Positions 1 to 9,778 of a stretch of 60,480 nt of DNA are shown here, in pieces. Position 1 is the first letter of the stretch. Each line of letters opens with the position of its first letter. The notes below the pieces were generated by a model. The model searched no databases. It was not told the origin of the DNA and saw only the letters and a program-made list of their open reading frames with translations. The DNA comes from Oscillospiraceae bacterium (GTDB lineage Bacteria; Bacillota; Clostridia; Oscillospirales; Ruminococcaceae), in NCBI GenBank assembly GCA_045636625.1, contig JAZTXW010000048.1, positions 1 through 60,480 of the forward strand, read 5' to 3'. Position numbers and translations under genes: made by a program.

Positions 1-32
1 TTCCCGGAGCTTAAAATTTTTCTGTATATAAC

Positions 33-60
33 AAAAAAAACTTGGAACAAAGTTCCAAGG
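33..60 (-). terminator. Intrinsic terminator downstream of tRNA-Ser
   Basis: Stem CTTGGAAC/GTTCCAAG (41-48/52-59). On the minus strand it is followed by a U-run (A-run 33-40 on +). Confidence 0.6.
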
Positions 61-65
61 TTTTG

Positions 66-157
66 TGGCGGAGATGAAGAGATTCGAACTCTTGAGAGGC
101 TTTTGACCCCTACGCGATTTCCAGTCGCGCGCCCTCGACCATCTAGGCGACATCTCC
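66..157 (-). tRNA. tRNA-Ser (anticodon GGA), type II with long variable arm, CCA encoded
   Basis: Reverse complement folds as a cloverleaf. Acceptor GGAGATG/CATCTCC, anticodon stem CGCGA/TCGCG with loop CTGGAAA, T-arm AAGAG-TTCGAAT-CTCTT, discriminator G, 3' CCA. 92 nt. Confidence 0.93.
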
Positions 158-198
158 ATTTGGTCAATTAACCTTGCTGTTTATCACAGCGCTTGATT

Positions 199-227
199 AT
201 TATACTAAAAACAAAAACAAAAATCAA
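199..227 (-). promoter_or_regulatory. Sigma-A-type promoter upstream of tRNA-Ser
   Basis: Minus strand reads TTGATT - 17 nt - TATAAT, about 40 nt upstream of the mature tRNA 5' end. Confidence 0.5.
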
Positions 228-337
228 GTGTTTTTTCAAAATTTTTTTATATTTTTTTAAAGATATTTGCGTATATCGATGTTTTATGATATGATTAACG
301 TATATTTTCTATTATTTATTTATGGAGGCGATTCCGA

Positions 338-2371
338 ATGACAGAAATTCTTGCCCCGGTCGGCGGAAAAGAACAGCTTATTGCCGCGGTGCGTTCCGGA
401 GCGGATGCGGTTTATCTCGGCGCAAAGAATTTTAACGCAAGGCGAAATGCTTCCAACTTTGAAGATTTTGAACTTCCCGAAATTGTTTCATATTGCCACG
501 CAAGAGGAGTCAAAGTCCACGTTGTTTTAAACACTCTTGTAATGGATTCTGAAATCCCGGCGCTTATCAGCGAAATCAAAAACGTTGCTCTTTCCGGAGC
601 GGACGCGGTTATTGTTCAGGATCTTGCCGTTGCAAAACTCGTTAAAGAAATCTGTCCTTCGATTGAAATGCACGCTTCCACCCAGATGACCATTCACAAT
701 CTTTCCGGTGCCCTTGAAGCGCAGCGTCTTGGTTTTAAAAGAGCAGTTCTTTCAAGAGAACTTTCTCTTGATGAAATAAGATATATCGCCGAAAGAACAG
801 AAATTGAGCTTGAAGCCTTTGTTCACGGCGCACTTTGCATGTGCATGTCCGGCTGCTGCTATCTTTCCTCCGTTCTTGGCGGAAGAAGCGGAAACCGCGG
901 ACTTTGCGCACAACCATGCCGTCTTGATTTCCGTTTTGGAGAAAAGTACCATGCTCTTTCCCTCAAGGATATGTCGCATATCGAACTCATCAGGGAACTT
1001 TCCGAAGCCGGAGTATGTTCCTTTAAAATTGAAGGAAGAATGAAGCGCCCGGAATACGTTGCGGCAGCTGTAACTGCCTGCAGAGCCGCTCTTGCGGGTG
1101 ATAAACCGGATATTGAATCCCTTCGCGCGGTTTTTTCCAGACAGGGATTTACCGACGGTTACATTACCGGAAAACGCACGCCCGATATGTTCGGTTTCCG
1201 AAGCCACGATGACGTTACCGCCGCCGATAAAGTTCTTAAAAATCTTTCAAACCTTTATAAAGACGAAGCAAACCGGATTCCGATCAAAATGGAGCTTTCC
1301 ATTTCCGAAACAAGGCCTTCCATTCTGACTGTTTCCGACGGCGATAACGTTGTTTCCGTAACCGGCGGAATCTGCGAAAAAGCTTTACGCGCACCGACCG
1401 ACAAAACTCTTGCGGAGCGCTATCTTTCCAAAACCGGCGGAACGCCTTTTTATCTTTCGGAACTTGAATTTTCCGCAGAAGGCGAACCGATCATAGCCGC
1501 AAGCGAACTTAACGAAATGCGAAGAAAAGCCCTTGCGGAACTTTCCGAAAAAAGAGAACAGGTTCAACCCCATTCTGTTTTGGATTTCGCTTTGCCTGAA
1601 TTTAAAAAGCATATCACCGAAAAAGCCGCTTTGCGTATCCGCGCGGAAAAATTTGAACAGGTTCTTTTCGAAAATGACGCGGAAGCGGTTATTCTTCCCC
1701 TTGCGGAAATTGAAAAACATCCGGAATCCATCCGGAAATTCGGTGAAAAACTTTTTGTTGAACTTCCCGCCCTTGTTTTTCCCCTTGATGAAGAAAAAAT
1801 CAGAAGCAGAATTCTTGCACTTTATGAAAAAGGCGTTCGCCATGCCCTTTGCGAAAACATCTGCACCCTTCGCCTTGCGAAAGATTGCGGTTTAACTGTT
1901 CACGGCGGATACGGGCTTAATATTCTCAACAGTATTTCCCTTTCCGAATACGAAGAACTCGGAGTTTTTGACGCAACGCTTTCCTTTGAACTTTCTTCAC
2001 CGAAAATAAAACATCTCGGCGGAAACATAAAACGGGGAATCATCGGATACGGCTATCTTCCGCTTATGAAGATGCGCGCCTGCCCCATCAAAAAAGCCTC
2101 CGGATGCAAAAACTGCCCCGGGAAAGGAAAAATCAAAGACCGCATGGGCAAAGAATTCACCTATATTTGTTTTGAAAAGAAATTCGGCATCCTTCTCAAC
2201 AGCGTTCCCCTTTATGTTGCCGATAAGGATTTTTCCGGAATCGATTTCATGACCCTTTATTTTACCGACGAAACTCCCGAAAACTGCAAAAAAATTTATG
2301 ATATGTTCAGAGATAAAGAACCGGCGGATTTTGAAAAAACAAACGGACTTTATTTCAGAGATCTTTTATAA
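338..2371 (+). CDS. Peptidase U32 family protein, long form with C-terminal Cys cluster (collagenase-like / RlhA-TrhP-type family)
   Basis: 677-aa ORF. N-terminus EILAPVGGKEQLIAAVRSGADAVYLG and KIEGRMKRPEYV are typical U32 signatures. GGAGG lies 9 nt upstream of the ATG. Confidence 0.85.
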   Translation: MTEILAPVGGKEQLIAAVRSGADAVYLGAKNFNARRNASNFEDFELPEIVSYCHARGVKVHVVLNTLVMDSEIPALISEIKNVALSGADAVIVQDLAVAKLVKEICPSIEMHASTQMTIHNLSGALEAQRLGFKRAVLSRELSLDEIRYIAERTEIELEAFVHGALCMCMSGCCYLSSVLGGRSGNRGLCAQPCRLDFRFGEKYHALSLKDMSHIELIRELSEAGVCSFKIEGRMKRPEYVAAAVTACRAALAGDKPDIESLRAVFSRQGFTDGYITGKRTPDMFGFRSHDDVTAADKVLKNLSNLYKDEANRIPIKMELSISETRPSILTVSDGDNVVSVTGGICEKALRAPTDKTLAERYLSKTGGTPFYLSELEFSAEGEPIIAASELNEMRRKALAELSEKREQVQPHSVLDFALPEFKKHITEKAALRIRAEKFEQVLFENDAEAVILPLAEIEKHPESIRKFGEKLFVELPALVFPLDEEKIRSRILALYEKGVRHALCENICTLRLAKDCGLTVHGGYGLNILNSISLSEYEELGVFDATLSFELSSPKIKHLGGNIKRGIIGYGYLPLMKMRACPIKKASGCKNCPGKGKIKDRMGKEFTYICFEKKFGILLNSVPLYVADKDFSGIDFMTLYFTDETPENCKKIYDMFRDKEPADFEKTNGLYFRDLL

Positions 2372-2383
2372 GGGGGCTTTTTA

Positions 2384-2683
2384 ATGGAAGTTCTTTTTGC
2401 GATGAGCATTTTTTATATCGGTTATGGAATTCTTGGCCTTTTTGGAAAAATGAACATTCCCGAAAAGTTCAAAGGTTATTCCTGGACAAAAAAATATATG
2501 AGAGGAATGGTAATTTTTCACATCCTGATTGGAATTCCGTGGCTTATTCTTTATTTTGCCTTCAGCCAATACGATCCCGGCTACGGAAAGATGTTCCTTT
2601 TTATAATTCTTACAGCTCTTCCCTCTTTGATTTTTATAATCTTCCATGAAAGCAAATATCTTAAACTTTTAAAAAAAGATTAA
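2384..2683 (+). CDS. Small hypothetical membrane protein (3 predicted TM segments)
   Basis: 99-aa ORF 12 nt after the U32 stop, with RBS AAGGGGG. Hydrophobic segments are present and a terminator follows. Confidence 0.6.
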   Translation: MEVLFAMSIFYIGYGILGLFGKMNIPEKFKGYSWTKKYMRGMVIFHILIGIPWLILYFAFSQYDPGYGKMFLFIILTALPSLIFIIFHESKYLKLLKKD

Positions 2684-2722
2684 AAAAATCCCTTTGCCTT
2701 TCGGCAAAGGGATTTTTATTTT
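2682..2722. terminator. Bidirectional intrinsic terminator between convergent genes
   Basis: Hairpin ATCCCTTTGCC-TTTC-GGCAAAGGGAT flanked by an A-run and a T-run. Confidence 0.8.
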
Positions 2723-4300
2723 TCACATAAGTTTTTCGAGCACCTTTTCAGCGCAGCGGATTCCGTCCGCTGCCGCAGACATAATTCCTCCGGCATATCC
2801 GGCGCCTTCAGCGCAAGGATAAAGGCCTTCTATTCCGATTGCTTCAAGGGTCTCGCTGCTTCGGAGTATTCTTACCGGGGAACTTGTTCTTGTTTCCGGT
2901 CCTGTGAGCACGGCTTGCGGATCTGCAAAGCCATGGAGTTTTCTGTCCAGAGCAACAAGTCCTGTTTTGAGCACAGACGTAATTTCTTCCGGGAACAAAT
3001 CAGCAAGTTTTTTATCTTCGACGCCTCTTGCATAGGAAGGTTCAACTTTTCCGAACCGGGAAATTCCTCCGTTAAGAAAAGCTCCGACAGTCTGGGCGGG
3101 TGCTTTTGTTCCTCCGCCCATTTCAAAAGCTTTTCTTTCTATTTCATGCTGAAAAGCCATTGCCTTAAAAGGATCTCCGCCAAAATCTTCCGCAGAAACG
3201 GAGCAAACAAGAGCGGAGTTTGCGTTTTTGCCGTCCCTTGCAAAACAACTCATTCCGTTGGTGACAACCGCGTCTTCTCTGTCTGCTGAGGGGACAACAT
3301 ATCCGCCCGGGCACATACAGAAGGTATATGCGCAGCGATCGCCAACATGGTGTGAAAGCTGATATTCCGCCGCCCAAAGGGCAGGATTTTCCGCAAAATC
3401 CCCATACTGGGCTCGGTTTATATCGGACTGGAGATGCTCGATTCTTACACCGACAGAGAAAGGTTTCGCTTCCATGAGCACACCTTTTTCTTCGAGCATC
3501 GCAAAAGTATCCCTTGCGGAATGTCCCGCGGCAATTATCAGGTTTTCTGCCGGGAATTCCATTCCTTCCGCAAAAACGGAAACAACTCTTCCGTTTTTCA
3601 TCCCGATATCATCAACTTTTGTAAGAAAACGGACTTCCCCGCCAAGAGAAATGATTTCCTCGCGGATATTTTTTACAACCATTCTGAGCATATCCGTTCC
3701 GATATGCGGTTTTGATTTGCTCAGAATTTCTTTCGGAGCACCGTGTTTCCGGAGTTCCTCGATGATAAAGTCGCATCTCGGGTCATTTATTCTTGTTGTA
3801 AGTTTACCATCGCTGAAAGTTCCTGCTCCGCCTTCGCCGAACTGGACGTTGGCTTTTTCGTTGAGCACTCCGCCTTTCCAATAATTTTCAACCGCAACAG
3901 TTCTTTCCTCAACTTTTGCGCCTCTTTCAAAAATAATAGGACGTGCGCCTGCTCTTGCAAGATAAAGCCCCGCAAACATTCCCGCAGGACCGAATCCGAT
4001 TATAACCGGTCTTGCTTCCGGCGCTTTTTTGAGCACCGGAATTTCCGCAGGTGAAATTTTCCTCAGTACCACGTTCTTTGCTTTTATTCTTTCTGCTATT
4101 TTTTCTTCATTTTCACATGTGATAGCAACCGAAAAAACAAGCGAAACCCTATCCTTTTTTCTTGCGTCAACGGAAATTTTTGAAACGGAAACCGAACTTG
4201 TTTCCGAAGGTTTTATTTTGAGCACCGAAAGAGCTTTTTCAAAAGCTTTTTCTTTGGGTTCGCCCGGGGCTATTTTAATTTCGGAAACGATAAGCGGCAT
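2723..4300 (-). CDS. FAD-dependent protein (COG2509-type NAD(FAD)-utilizing dehydrogenase)
   Basis: 525 aa. Dinucleotide-binding motif VIIGFGPAGMFAGLYLARAG, and GGAGTFSDGKLTTR typical of this family. Confidence 0.8.
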   Translation of the reverse strand: MPLIVSEIKIAPGEPKEKAFEKALSVLKIKPSETSSVSVSKISVDARKKDRVSLVFSVAITCENEEKIAERIKAKNVVLRKISPAEIPVLKKAPEARPVIIGFGPAGMFAGLYLARAGARPIIFERGAKVEERTVAVENYWKGGVLNEKANVQFGEGGAGTFSDGKLTTRINDPRCDFIIEELRKHGAPKEILSKSKPHIGTDMLRMVVKNIREEIISLGGEVRFLTKVDDIGMKNGRVVSVFAEGMEFPAENLIIAAGHSARDTFAMLEEKGVLMEAKPFSVGVRIEHLQSDINRAQYGDFAENPALWAAEYQLSHHVGDRCAYTFCMCPGGYVVPSADREDAVVTNGMSCFARDGKNANSALVCSVSAEDFGGDPFKAMAFQHEIERKAFEMGGGTKAPAQTVGAFLNGGISRFGKVEPSYARGVEDKKLADLFPEEITSVLKTGLVALDRKLHGFADPQAVLTGPETRTSSPVRILRSSETLEAIGIEGLYPCAEGAGYAGGIMSAAADGIRCAEKVLEKLM

Positions 4301-4362
4301 TTTCCTTCTCCTTTATCTTTATAAAATCAAAAAGGCCCGTTTTTCAGAGCCTTTTTTGTTTT

Positions 4363-5613
4363 TTACTTTGTTTTAACCGTTATGGTTATGGAATAAGTTC
4401 CGATTGCCCAAGCATTTTCTCCTCCCGGAAGAAGGATGTCTGCCTGAACTCTGTACTGTCCTGTTTTGGAAATTTCCCTCGTGCTCATATCGATCTGCAC
4501 AACGATATCCTTCGCGGAAATATTGTTCACTACCTCTTCCGGACCGATGATAGTTACCGCGACCTTGGATGCATTGGGGGTTATTTTATATTCCGCCGGA
4601 ACGTTTACAATATTGATTTGTGTTGCATTGAATGTGTGCTCAACGTATCCGGCAAGATCGAAATTGATCGCAACTTCCTCAATCGGTTCCCTGAGGTTTA
4701 TTCCATCGGGAATGTTTACGTCAAACACAAAGGAAGAGTTTTCAAGCGTTATATCCCTTATATCCACATATCCGAGGAAGATATCGCTGTATTTGTCGAT
4801 TATATAATCTTCCGCTTCAACAGCAACGTCGCTTTCGGAAAGAGTGTATCTGATATTTGAGATATCGAAATATTCCGGAATGTTGGTATAATCAAAGCTT
4901 AAAGGAAGGTTTGCGCTTTTATGAAGAGGAATATAAACGGTTGCAACATCGGTGCTGATGCTTATTTCGTCCCTGTTATAATCCACGGGATTTTTATTTT
5001 CATCAACAAGAATAATTTCTCCCACTGCCGCAACTGTTGAATCATAGTCTCCTGAAAGGAAAACTTCAACAACCGCTCCGTCAATTTCCGCAACATCGAT
5101 TTCAGGTCCGGTTACAACAACTGTTTTGGGATCCGTATAAATTTCTTCCTGGATAAGTTCATCCGGAATATTGTAATCGCCGTTTATCAGGTAGGAAACC
5201 TCAACGGTTTTATCAACGTATTTATCAAATTTTACAACCATTTTTTCCGGAGAGATCCCAACTATTTCGAAATCTTTGGAACTGTTTTTGGTTGCTCTGA
5301 GATCAAGTTCATAAACTCCCGCTCCGCTTACACCGGAAAGAGAAGGTGAAATTGAAATATCTTCTGCCTGAACACCGCCTATTACCGAACGGGAACCGCT
5401 TATCGTTACGTTGACTGTGTTTTCCGCGCCTTCGATCGCAGAAAGTCCGAGTTCCGCAAGAACACCTGTCTGAACATTGACGTTTACGCCGACGCCCTGT
5501 ATAACAACTTCGCCCGTGGGACGGAGTATAAGCGAAACCGTAAGCCAAAGAATAAACGAGGCTGCAAGGGAAATTATTGCCATTATTTTTTTATCTTTAA
5601 AAATATTATTCAT
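4363..5613 (-). CDS. cdaR: YbbR-domain protein CdaR (regulator of diadenylate cyclase CdaA)
   Basis: 416 aa with an N-terminal TM anchor followed by repeated YbbR-like beta-rich modules. It overlaps the cdaA stop by 4 nt, which is the classic cdaA-cdaR arrangement. Confidence 0.8.
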   Translation of the reverse strand: MNNIFKDKKIMAIISLAASFILWLTVSLILRPTGEVVIQGVGVNVNVQTGVLAELGLSAIEGAENTVNVTISGSRSVIGGVQAEDISISPSLSGVSGAGVYELDLRATKNSSKDFEIVGISPEKMVVKFDKYVDKTVEVSYLINGDYNIPDELIQEEIYTDPKTVVVTGPEIDVAEIDGAVVEVFLSGDYDSTVAAVGEIILVDENKNPVDYNRDEISISTDVATVYIPLHKSANLPLSFDYTNIPEYFDISNIRYTLSESDVAVEAEDYIIDKYSDIFLGYVDIRDITLENSSFVFDVNIPDGINLREPIEEVAINFDLAGYVEHTFNATQINIVNVPAEYKITPNASKVAVTIIGPEEVVNNISAKDIVVQIDMSTREISKTGQYRVQADILLPGGENAWAIGTYSITITVKTK

Positions 5614-6479
5614 TTCTCTTCCTGGCCTCCTTTTCCGAAGAATCTCGGAGCTTTAGGCTCGGTTTTTTCCGGAATCATATATTCCTCAAGTTTGCGTTTA
5701 AGATAAACGGGGTCGATTTCGCGCATAAGTTCACCGTTTACGGCCATTGAGATTTTTCCGGTTTCCTCAGAAACAACAACGGCAACCGCGTCGCTGTTTT
5801 CGCTTATTCCGAGGGCGGCTCTGTGCCTTGTTCCAAGCATATTGCTTATATCGTAGTTCTGTGAAAGAGGAAGGAAGCAGCCTGCGGCATAAACCCTTCC
5901 CCCGCGGATTATCGAAGCACCGTCATGGAGCGGAGCGTTATGGAAGAAAATATTTCCGATAATTTCTTTGCTGGGTTCAGCATTAATTATGGTACCGGTG
6001 GAAATGATTTCTCCGAGTTTTGTTTCTCTTTCAAAAACAATAAGTGCGCCGACGTCGTGTTTTGAAAGTTCGGTAACGCCGTCAACAATTTTTGCGATGC
6101 AGTTTTTCATAAGGGTTTCATCATCGAGTTTTTCGCTGTTGAAATTAAGGAAAGTAAGGTTTGAAATCCTCGATTTTCCCATGCTTTCGAGCGCATGGCG
6201 AAGTTCCGGCTGGAAAACGACAACAATTGCGATTATACCGAAACTGAAGACCTGTTCAAGAAGGTAGGAAGTACTTTTAAGGTCGATGGTTGCGGAAAGA
6301 ATATACATTGCAAGAAGGAGAAATATACCTTTTATAAGCTGGCCCGCTCTTGTATTAGAAGCAAACATGAGCACTTTATATAAAAGATACGCAATTATCA
6401 GAATATCGATAAGGTCACGTATCCTGAAAGTTCTGAGCACGTTCAATATGCTGTCCCAAGAAAATGCAAGTTCTCCCAT
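5610..6479 (-). CDS. cdaA: Diadenylate cyclase CdaA (c-di-AMP synthase)
   Basis: 289 aa with three N-terminal TM helices and a DAC domain. Motifs: GALIVFERE, HDGASII, LGTRHRAALGISE, SEETGKIS. Confidence 0.93.
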   Translation of the reverse strand: MGELAFSWDSILNVLRTFRIRDLIDILIIAYLLYKVLMFASNTRAGQLIKGIFLLLAMYILSATIDLKSTSYLLEQVFSFGIIAIVVVFQPELRHALESMGKSRISNLTFLNFNSEKLDDETLMKNCIAKIVDGVTELSKHDVGALIVFERETKLGEIISTGTIINAEPSKEIIGNIFFHNAPLHDGASIIRGGRVYAAGCFLPLSQNYDISNMLGTRHRAALGISENSDAVAVVVSEETGKISMAVNGELMREIDPVYLKRKLEEYMIPEKTEPKAPRFFGKGGQEEK

Positions 6480-6573
6480 AATTTTTTCCTCTTCTATATA
6501 TAAAGTTATTATTTTACTTAATATAATAATAACACAAGCGCCTGCATTTTCAAGTATTATTTTGTTAACATAT

Positions 6574-7722
6574 TTAATATTTTTTTGAAATTCCGTGAAT
6601 TATTCCGATGAGTTTAAAAACTTCCTCTTCCGTATTAAGCGGACCGATACTCAGCCGGCATGTTCCGCGTTTTTCCGTATTCATTTTGTGATGAGCAAGC
6701 GCTGAACAATGGAAGCCTCCCCTTGACGCAACTCCTTTTTCCGAAAGAAGCGCGGCGGTTTCCTCCCCTGTTAAATCTCCGAGTACAAAGGATATTACCG
6801 GACTATGGGTTTCCGGTTCGGGTCTTTTTGTAAAAAGAAGAACTTTATCAATTTTCGATATCCCGTCATAAAGCATTTTCGCAAGGCGGTTTTCCTTTTC
6901 CGCAATGTTTTTTTCACCTTTTGAAAGTACCCAGCCTATACCGGAAGAAAGACCGCATATTCCCGGAACATTTAAAGTGCCGCTTTCAAGCATTTCCGGA
7001 AGTTCGTCCGGCTGCTGCGGAAGAAGAGAATAGCTTCCTGTTCCGCCGAAAAGATGAGGTTTTAAAAGTTCCGGCCTTTTTGATATAAGAAGACCTGTTC
7101 CCATGGACCCCATAAGTCCTTTATGCCCCGGCGCACAGACAAAATCGATCCCGTATCTTTCCATATTTATGTTTTCCGAACCTGCGGTCTGTGCAGCATC
7201 AAGAACAAAAACAAGTCCGTATTCATGCGCAAGTTCCGCAAGCATCTTTACCGGCGGTTTTATTCCAAAAACATTTGATGCACCGGTTGAAATTATCATT
7301 TTTGTATCCGGTCTTATAAGCTTTTTAAAAGAATCAACCGTTTTTTCCGGATCGTTTTCAAAAACTTCCGCAATGGAAAAATCCATATTTCCCCGCTTTT
7401 TCAATTCAAAAAAAGGTCTTAACACCGAATTGTGCTCAAAGTCGGAAATTATCGCATGTCCTCCGGAAAAGCCGATGCTCATAATGACGATATTAAGTGC
7501 TTCCGTACAGTTTTTTGTAAAAACAACGTTTTCGCTTTCTTCTGTTCCAAAAAGTTCCGCGGCTTTTTCCCTGCAGTCGAAAACCGCTTTTGAAGTTTCC
7601 ATACCCATTTCATAACCGCTTCTTCCCGGGTTTGCTCCGAATCTGCTCAAAGCCTCCTGGACCGACTTTCTGACCGGAGCAGGTTTTGGATACGTTGTTG
7701 CGGCATTGTCAAAATAAAGCAT
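6574..7722 (-). CDS. Class V aminotransferase-fold PLP enzyme, cysteine desulfurase family
   Basis: 382 aa. Starts MLYFDNAATTYPKP, has the HKGL PLP-lysine region (APGHKGLMG) and a SIGPLNTEEEV tail. Confidence 0.85.
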   Translation of the reverse strand: MLYFDNAATTYPKPAPVRKSVQEALSRFGANPGRSGYEMGMETSKAVFDCREKAAELFGTEESENVVFTKNCTEALNIVIMSIGFSGGHAIISDFEHNSVLRPFFELKKRGNMDFSIAEVFENDPEKTVDSFKKLIRPDTKMIISTGASNVFGIKPPVKMLAELAHEYGLVFVLDAAQTAGSENINMERYGIDFVCAPGHKGLMGSMGTGLLISKRPELLKPHLFGGTGSYSLLPQQPDELPEMLESGTLNVPGICGLSSGIGWVLSKGEKNIAEKENRLAKMLYDGISKIDKVLLFTKRPEPETHSPVISFVLGDLTGEETAALLSEKGVASRGGFHCSALAHHKMNTEKRGTCRLSIGPLNTEEEVFKLIGIIHGISKKY

Positions 7723-7726
7723 TTTT

Positions 7727-7945
7727 TCACCGGCTTTCTCTTATCTCGTTGACCCTTACCCCGGATTTTTGAAGAATTTTTTCCATTTTTTCTTTATCGC
7801 CGAAGGCTTTTATAACGTATCCGCAGCCGTACGGATTAAAATTGCTGTCGCGGAAAACGTTTGCTTTAAATCCGTTTTTTCTGAGGATTCCTTCGCCTTT
7901 AAAAGCACTTGTAACTGAACTCAGCAGAAAAAAATATTCATTCAT
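7727..7945 (-). CDS. DUF3343-like small protein (putative S/Se carrier partner of the desulfurase)
   Basis: 72 aa from the ATG with RBS GGTGG (the track ORF starts at an upstream GTG). It lies 4 nt upstream of the desulfurase gene, and this pairing is common in Clostridia. Confidence 0.6.
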   Translation of the reverse strand: MNEYFFLLSSVTSAFKGEGILRKNGFKANVFRDSNFNPYGCGYVIKAFGDKEKMEKILQKSGVRVNEIRESR

Positions 7946-8011
7946 AATATATACCACCGTTCATCGGATATTTTTCCTTACATTATATGAACCGCGGTTT
8001 TTTAAGGCAAC

Positions 8012-8049
8012 AAAAAACACCCGTTTATCAAACGGGTGTTTTTTATTTT
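8012..8049 (-). terminator. Intrinsic terminator after mltG
   Basis: Hairpin ACACCCGTTT-ATC-AAACGGGTGT with flanking A/T runs. Confidence 0.8.
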
Positions 8050-8054
8050 GTTCA

Positions 8055-9452
8055 TCAGCCTCTTCCTGCTGCAATGACGTTTGCGTCATGCTCTGCCTGG
8101 GTTGCGCCGTAATAGAATTTTCCTTCAATGTCGGTTACAAAGAAATAATAGTTGGTATTTACAGGATAGAGAGCCGCTTTTATCGCGTTCATACCCGGGT
8201 TGCAGATAGGTCCTACCGGAAGTCCCGCTCTGTAGTTGGGGTATGTGTAATATGCAAGGAGATAGCTGTCAGAAAGCGCCGGATCGTCGATGAACGGATC
8301 GATGTTTTCTGTGCAGTAGAAATAGGTTACGTCGGACTGGAGATAAGGAAGTCCGGAATTTGGCTCAAGTCTGTTGTGGAATACGGAAGATACTTTTTCC
8401 ATGTCTTCCATATATGCAGCTTCGGACTGGATGACGGAAGCAAGAGTGATAACATCCTCAAGGCTCATTCCGAGTTCCTGCATACGTTCGTAATATTCCG
8501 CTGTGATTTTGTTATTGAAGTTGTCGATGAACTTGGCTATAACACTTCTGGGGGTGGAATTTGTGTAGAATTCATAGGTATCGGGGAAAAGATATCCTTC
8601 CCATTTGATATAGATATCTTCGCTTGTTCCCATAAGTGATTCAAATTCATATTCAAAGCTTTCGGTCATTACGGCTTCCATGAATTCATCGTATCCGCAG
8701 ACGCCGTTTTCCTCAAGTCTTTCGGCAATTTCCCTTACGGTCATACCCTCATAGAAGTTTACTGTAACAACGTTTTTTGCGGCTTCTTTTACTTTGAGTG
8801 CCTGGAAGATCTGATCATATCCGAGGTTCGAATTGAGGACATAAGTTCCGGGAGCAAGCCTTGTTTCCATATCCTTGACCCTTGCATATACCTCGAAGGT
8901 AAAAGGTTCGTCAATAACGCCTTTTTCTTCAAGGAGCTCCGCAATTTCGGAAAGGCCGTAACTTTCGGGAATTGTGATTTTGATCTCTTTGCTTTCCTTG
9001 TTGAAACCTACAAGGTCATTGATGCTTGAAAGAGCAAAAGACGCGATAAAAACAGAAACAGCAAGAACTGCGGAAACCCATACTACTGTAAGAAGCCAGT
9101 TATATGCGGTGTTAAGGCGCTTTTTCTTTTTCTGTGCTGCGGTCGGGCTTTGTTTTTTAGGTTCGGATGTTTTCTTTTTCTGTTCGGGCTTTGCTTTTTC
9201 TTCTTTCACTGCCGGTTTTATTTCCCTGACAGGAAGTTCGTCCTCTTTTGGAGGCGGAGGAGCAAAAACATCGTCCTCAAATTCGAAAGCCTCGGCAGAA
9301 GATTCCGGTTCGCTATTCTTTTTTGCGGATGAAGTTGCATCTTCAAAAAAAGAAGAAAAAACAAGGTCATCCTCTTCTTTTTTTACTGTTTTTTTGGGTT
9401 CTTCTTTTGGATCAAGATCCTTGAAAAAATCCTCAAATTCTTTGTTGTTCAT
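8055..9452 (-). CDS. mltG: Endolytic murein transglycosylase MltG (YceG-like) with long acidic/lysine-rich N-terminal region
   Basis: YceG-domain features: a single TM helix, then LASVIQSEA and the C-terminal GLPVGPICNPG motif. I prefer the second ATG (MNNKEF), which follows GGAGGA. Confidence 0.88.
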   Translation of the reverse strand: MNNKEFEDFFKDLDPKEEPKKTVKKEEDDLVFSSFFEDATSSAKKNSEPESSAEAFEFEDDVFAPPPPKEDELPVREIKPAVKEEKAKPEQKKKTSEPKKQSPTAAQKKKKRLNTAYNWLLTVVWVSAVLAVSVFIASFALSSINDLVGFNKESKEIKITIPESYGLSEIAELLEEKGVIDEPFTFEVYARVKDMETRLAPGTYVLNSNLGYDQIFQALKVKEAAKNVVTVNFYEGMTVREIAERLEENGVCGYDEFMEAVMTESFEYEFESLMGTSEDIYIKWEGYLFPDTYEFYTNSTPRSVIAKFIDNFNNKITAEYYERMQELGMSLEDVITLASVIQSEAAYMEDMEKVSSVFHNRLEPNSGLPYLQSDVTYFYCTENIDPFIDDPALSDSYLLAYYTYPNYRAGLPVGPICNPGMNAIKAALYPVNTNYYFFVTDIEGKFYYGATQAEHDANVIAAGRG

Positions 9453-9581
9453 AAAATCCTCCATTCATAATGCCGGCTTCACTCTTTGTAACCAACATCC
9501 TGAAGTTTACATATCATATAACATACCGGCAAAACCGAAAAAACGGCGCCGATATAAATTTTTCTTACGAGGTGAAATTTC

Positions 9582-9728
9582 ATGTTCGGAAACAATAACT
9601 GCTGCTGGTGGATCATCATCCTTATTCTTCTCTTCTCCTGCTGCGGCAACAACAACGGTTACGGCTACAGCAACGGCTGCAACAATGGCTGCGGCTGCAA
9701 CAACGATTGTGGATGCGGATGCGGCTGA
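9582..9728 (+). CDS. Uncalled 48-aa Cys/Gly/Asn-rich small membrane peptide (YjcZ-like, sporulation-type tiny TM protein?)
   Basis: ATG 7 nt after AGGTGA. Translation: MFGNNNCCWWIIILILLFSCCGNNNGYGYSNGCNNGCGCNNDCGCGCG. Codon usage matches the host and a hairpin follows the stop. It is below the 60-aa cutoff of the ORF track. Confidence 0.6.
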   Translation: MFGNNNCCWWIIILILLFSCCGNNNGYGYSNGCNNGCGCNNDCGCGCG

Positions 9729-9747
9729 TAATCTTTCCATAGCCTTT

Positions 9748-9778
9748 GCCCTGCGTTAACCGCAGGGCTTTCGGCATT
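9748..9778 (+). terminator. Putative terminator after the small peptide gene
   Basis: Hairpin GCCCTGCG-TTAAC-CGCAGGGC followed by TTTCGGCATTT (interrupted T-run). Confidence 0.45.

Noticed and set aside
9507-9740. A 77-aa Ala/Val-rich ORF on the minus strand
   Set aside because: It is antisense to the better-supported 48-aa Cys-rich peptide gene, which has an RBS, host-like codon usage and a following hairpin. The minus ORF has no RBS, and its composition simply mirrors GCN/NGC-rich codons.
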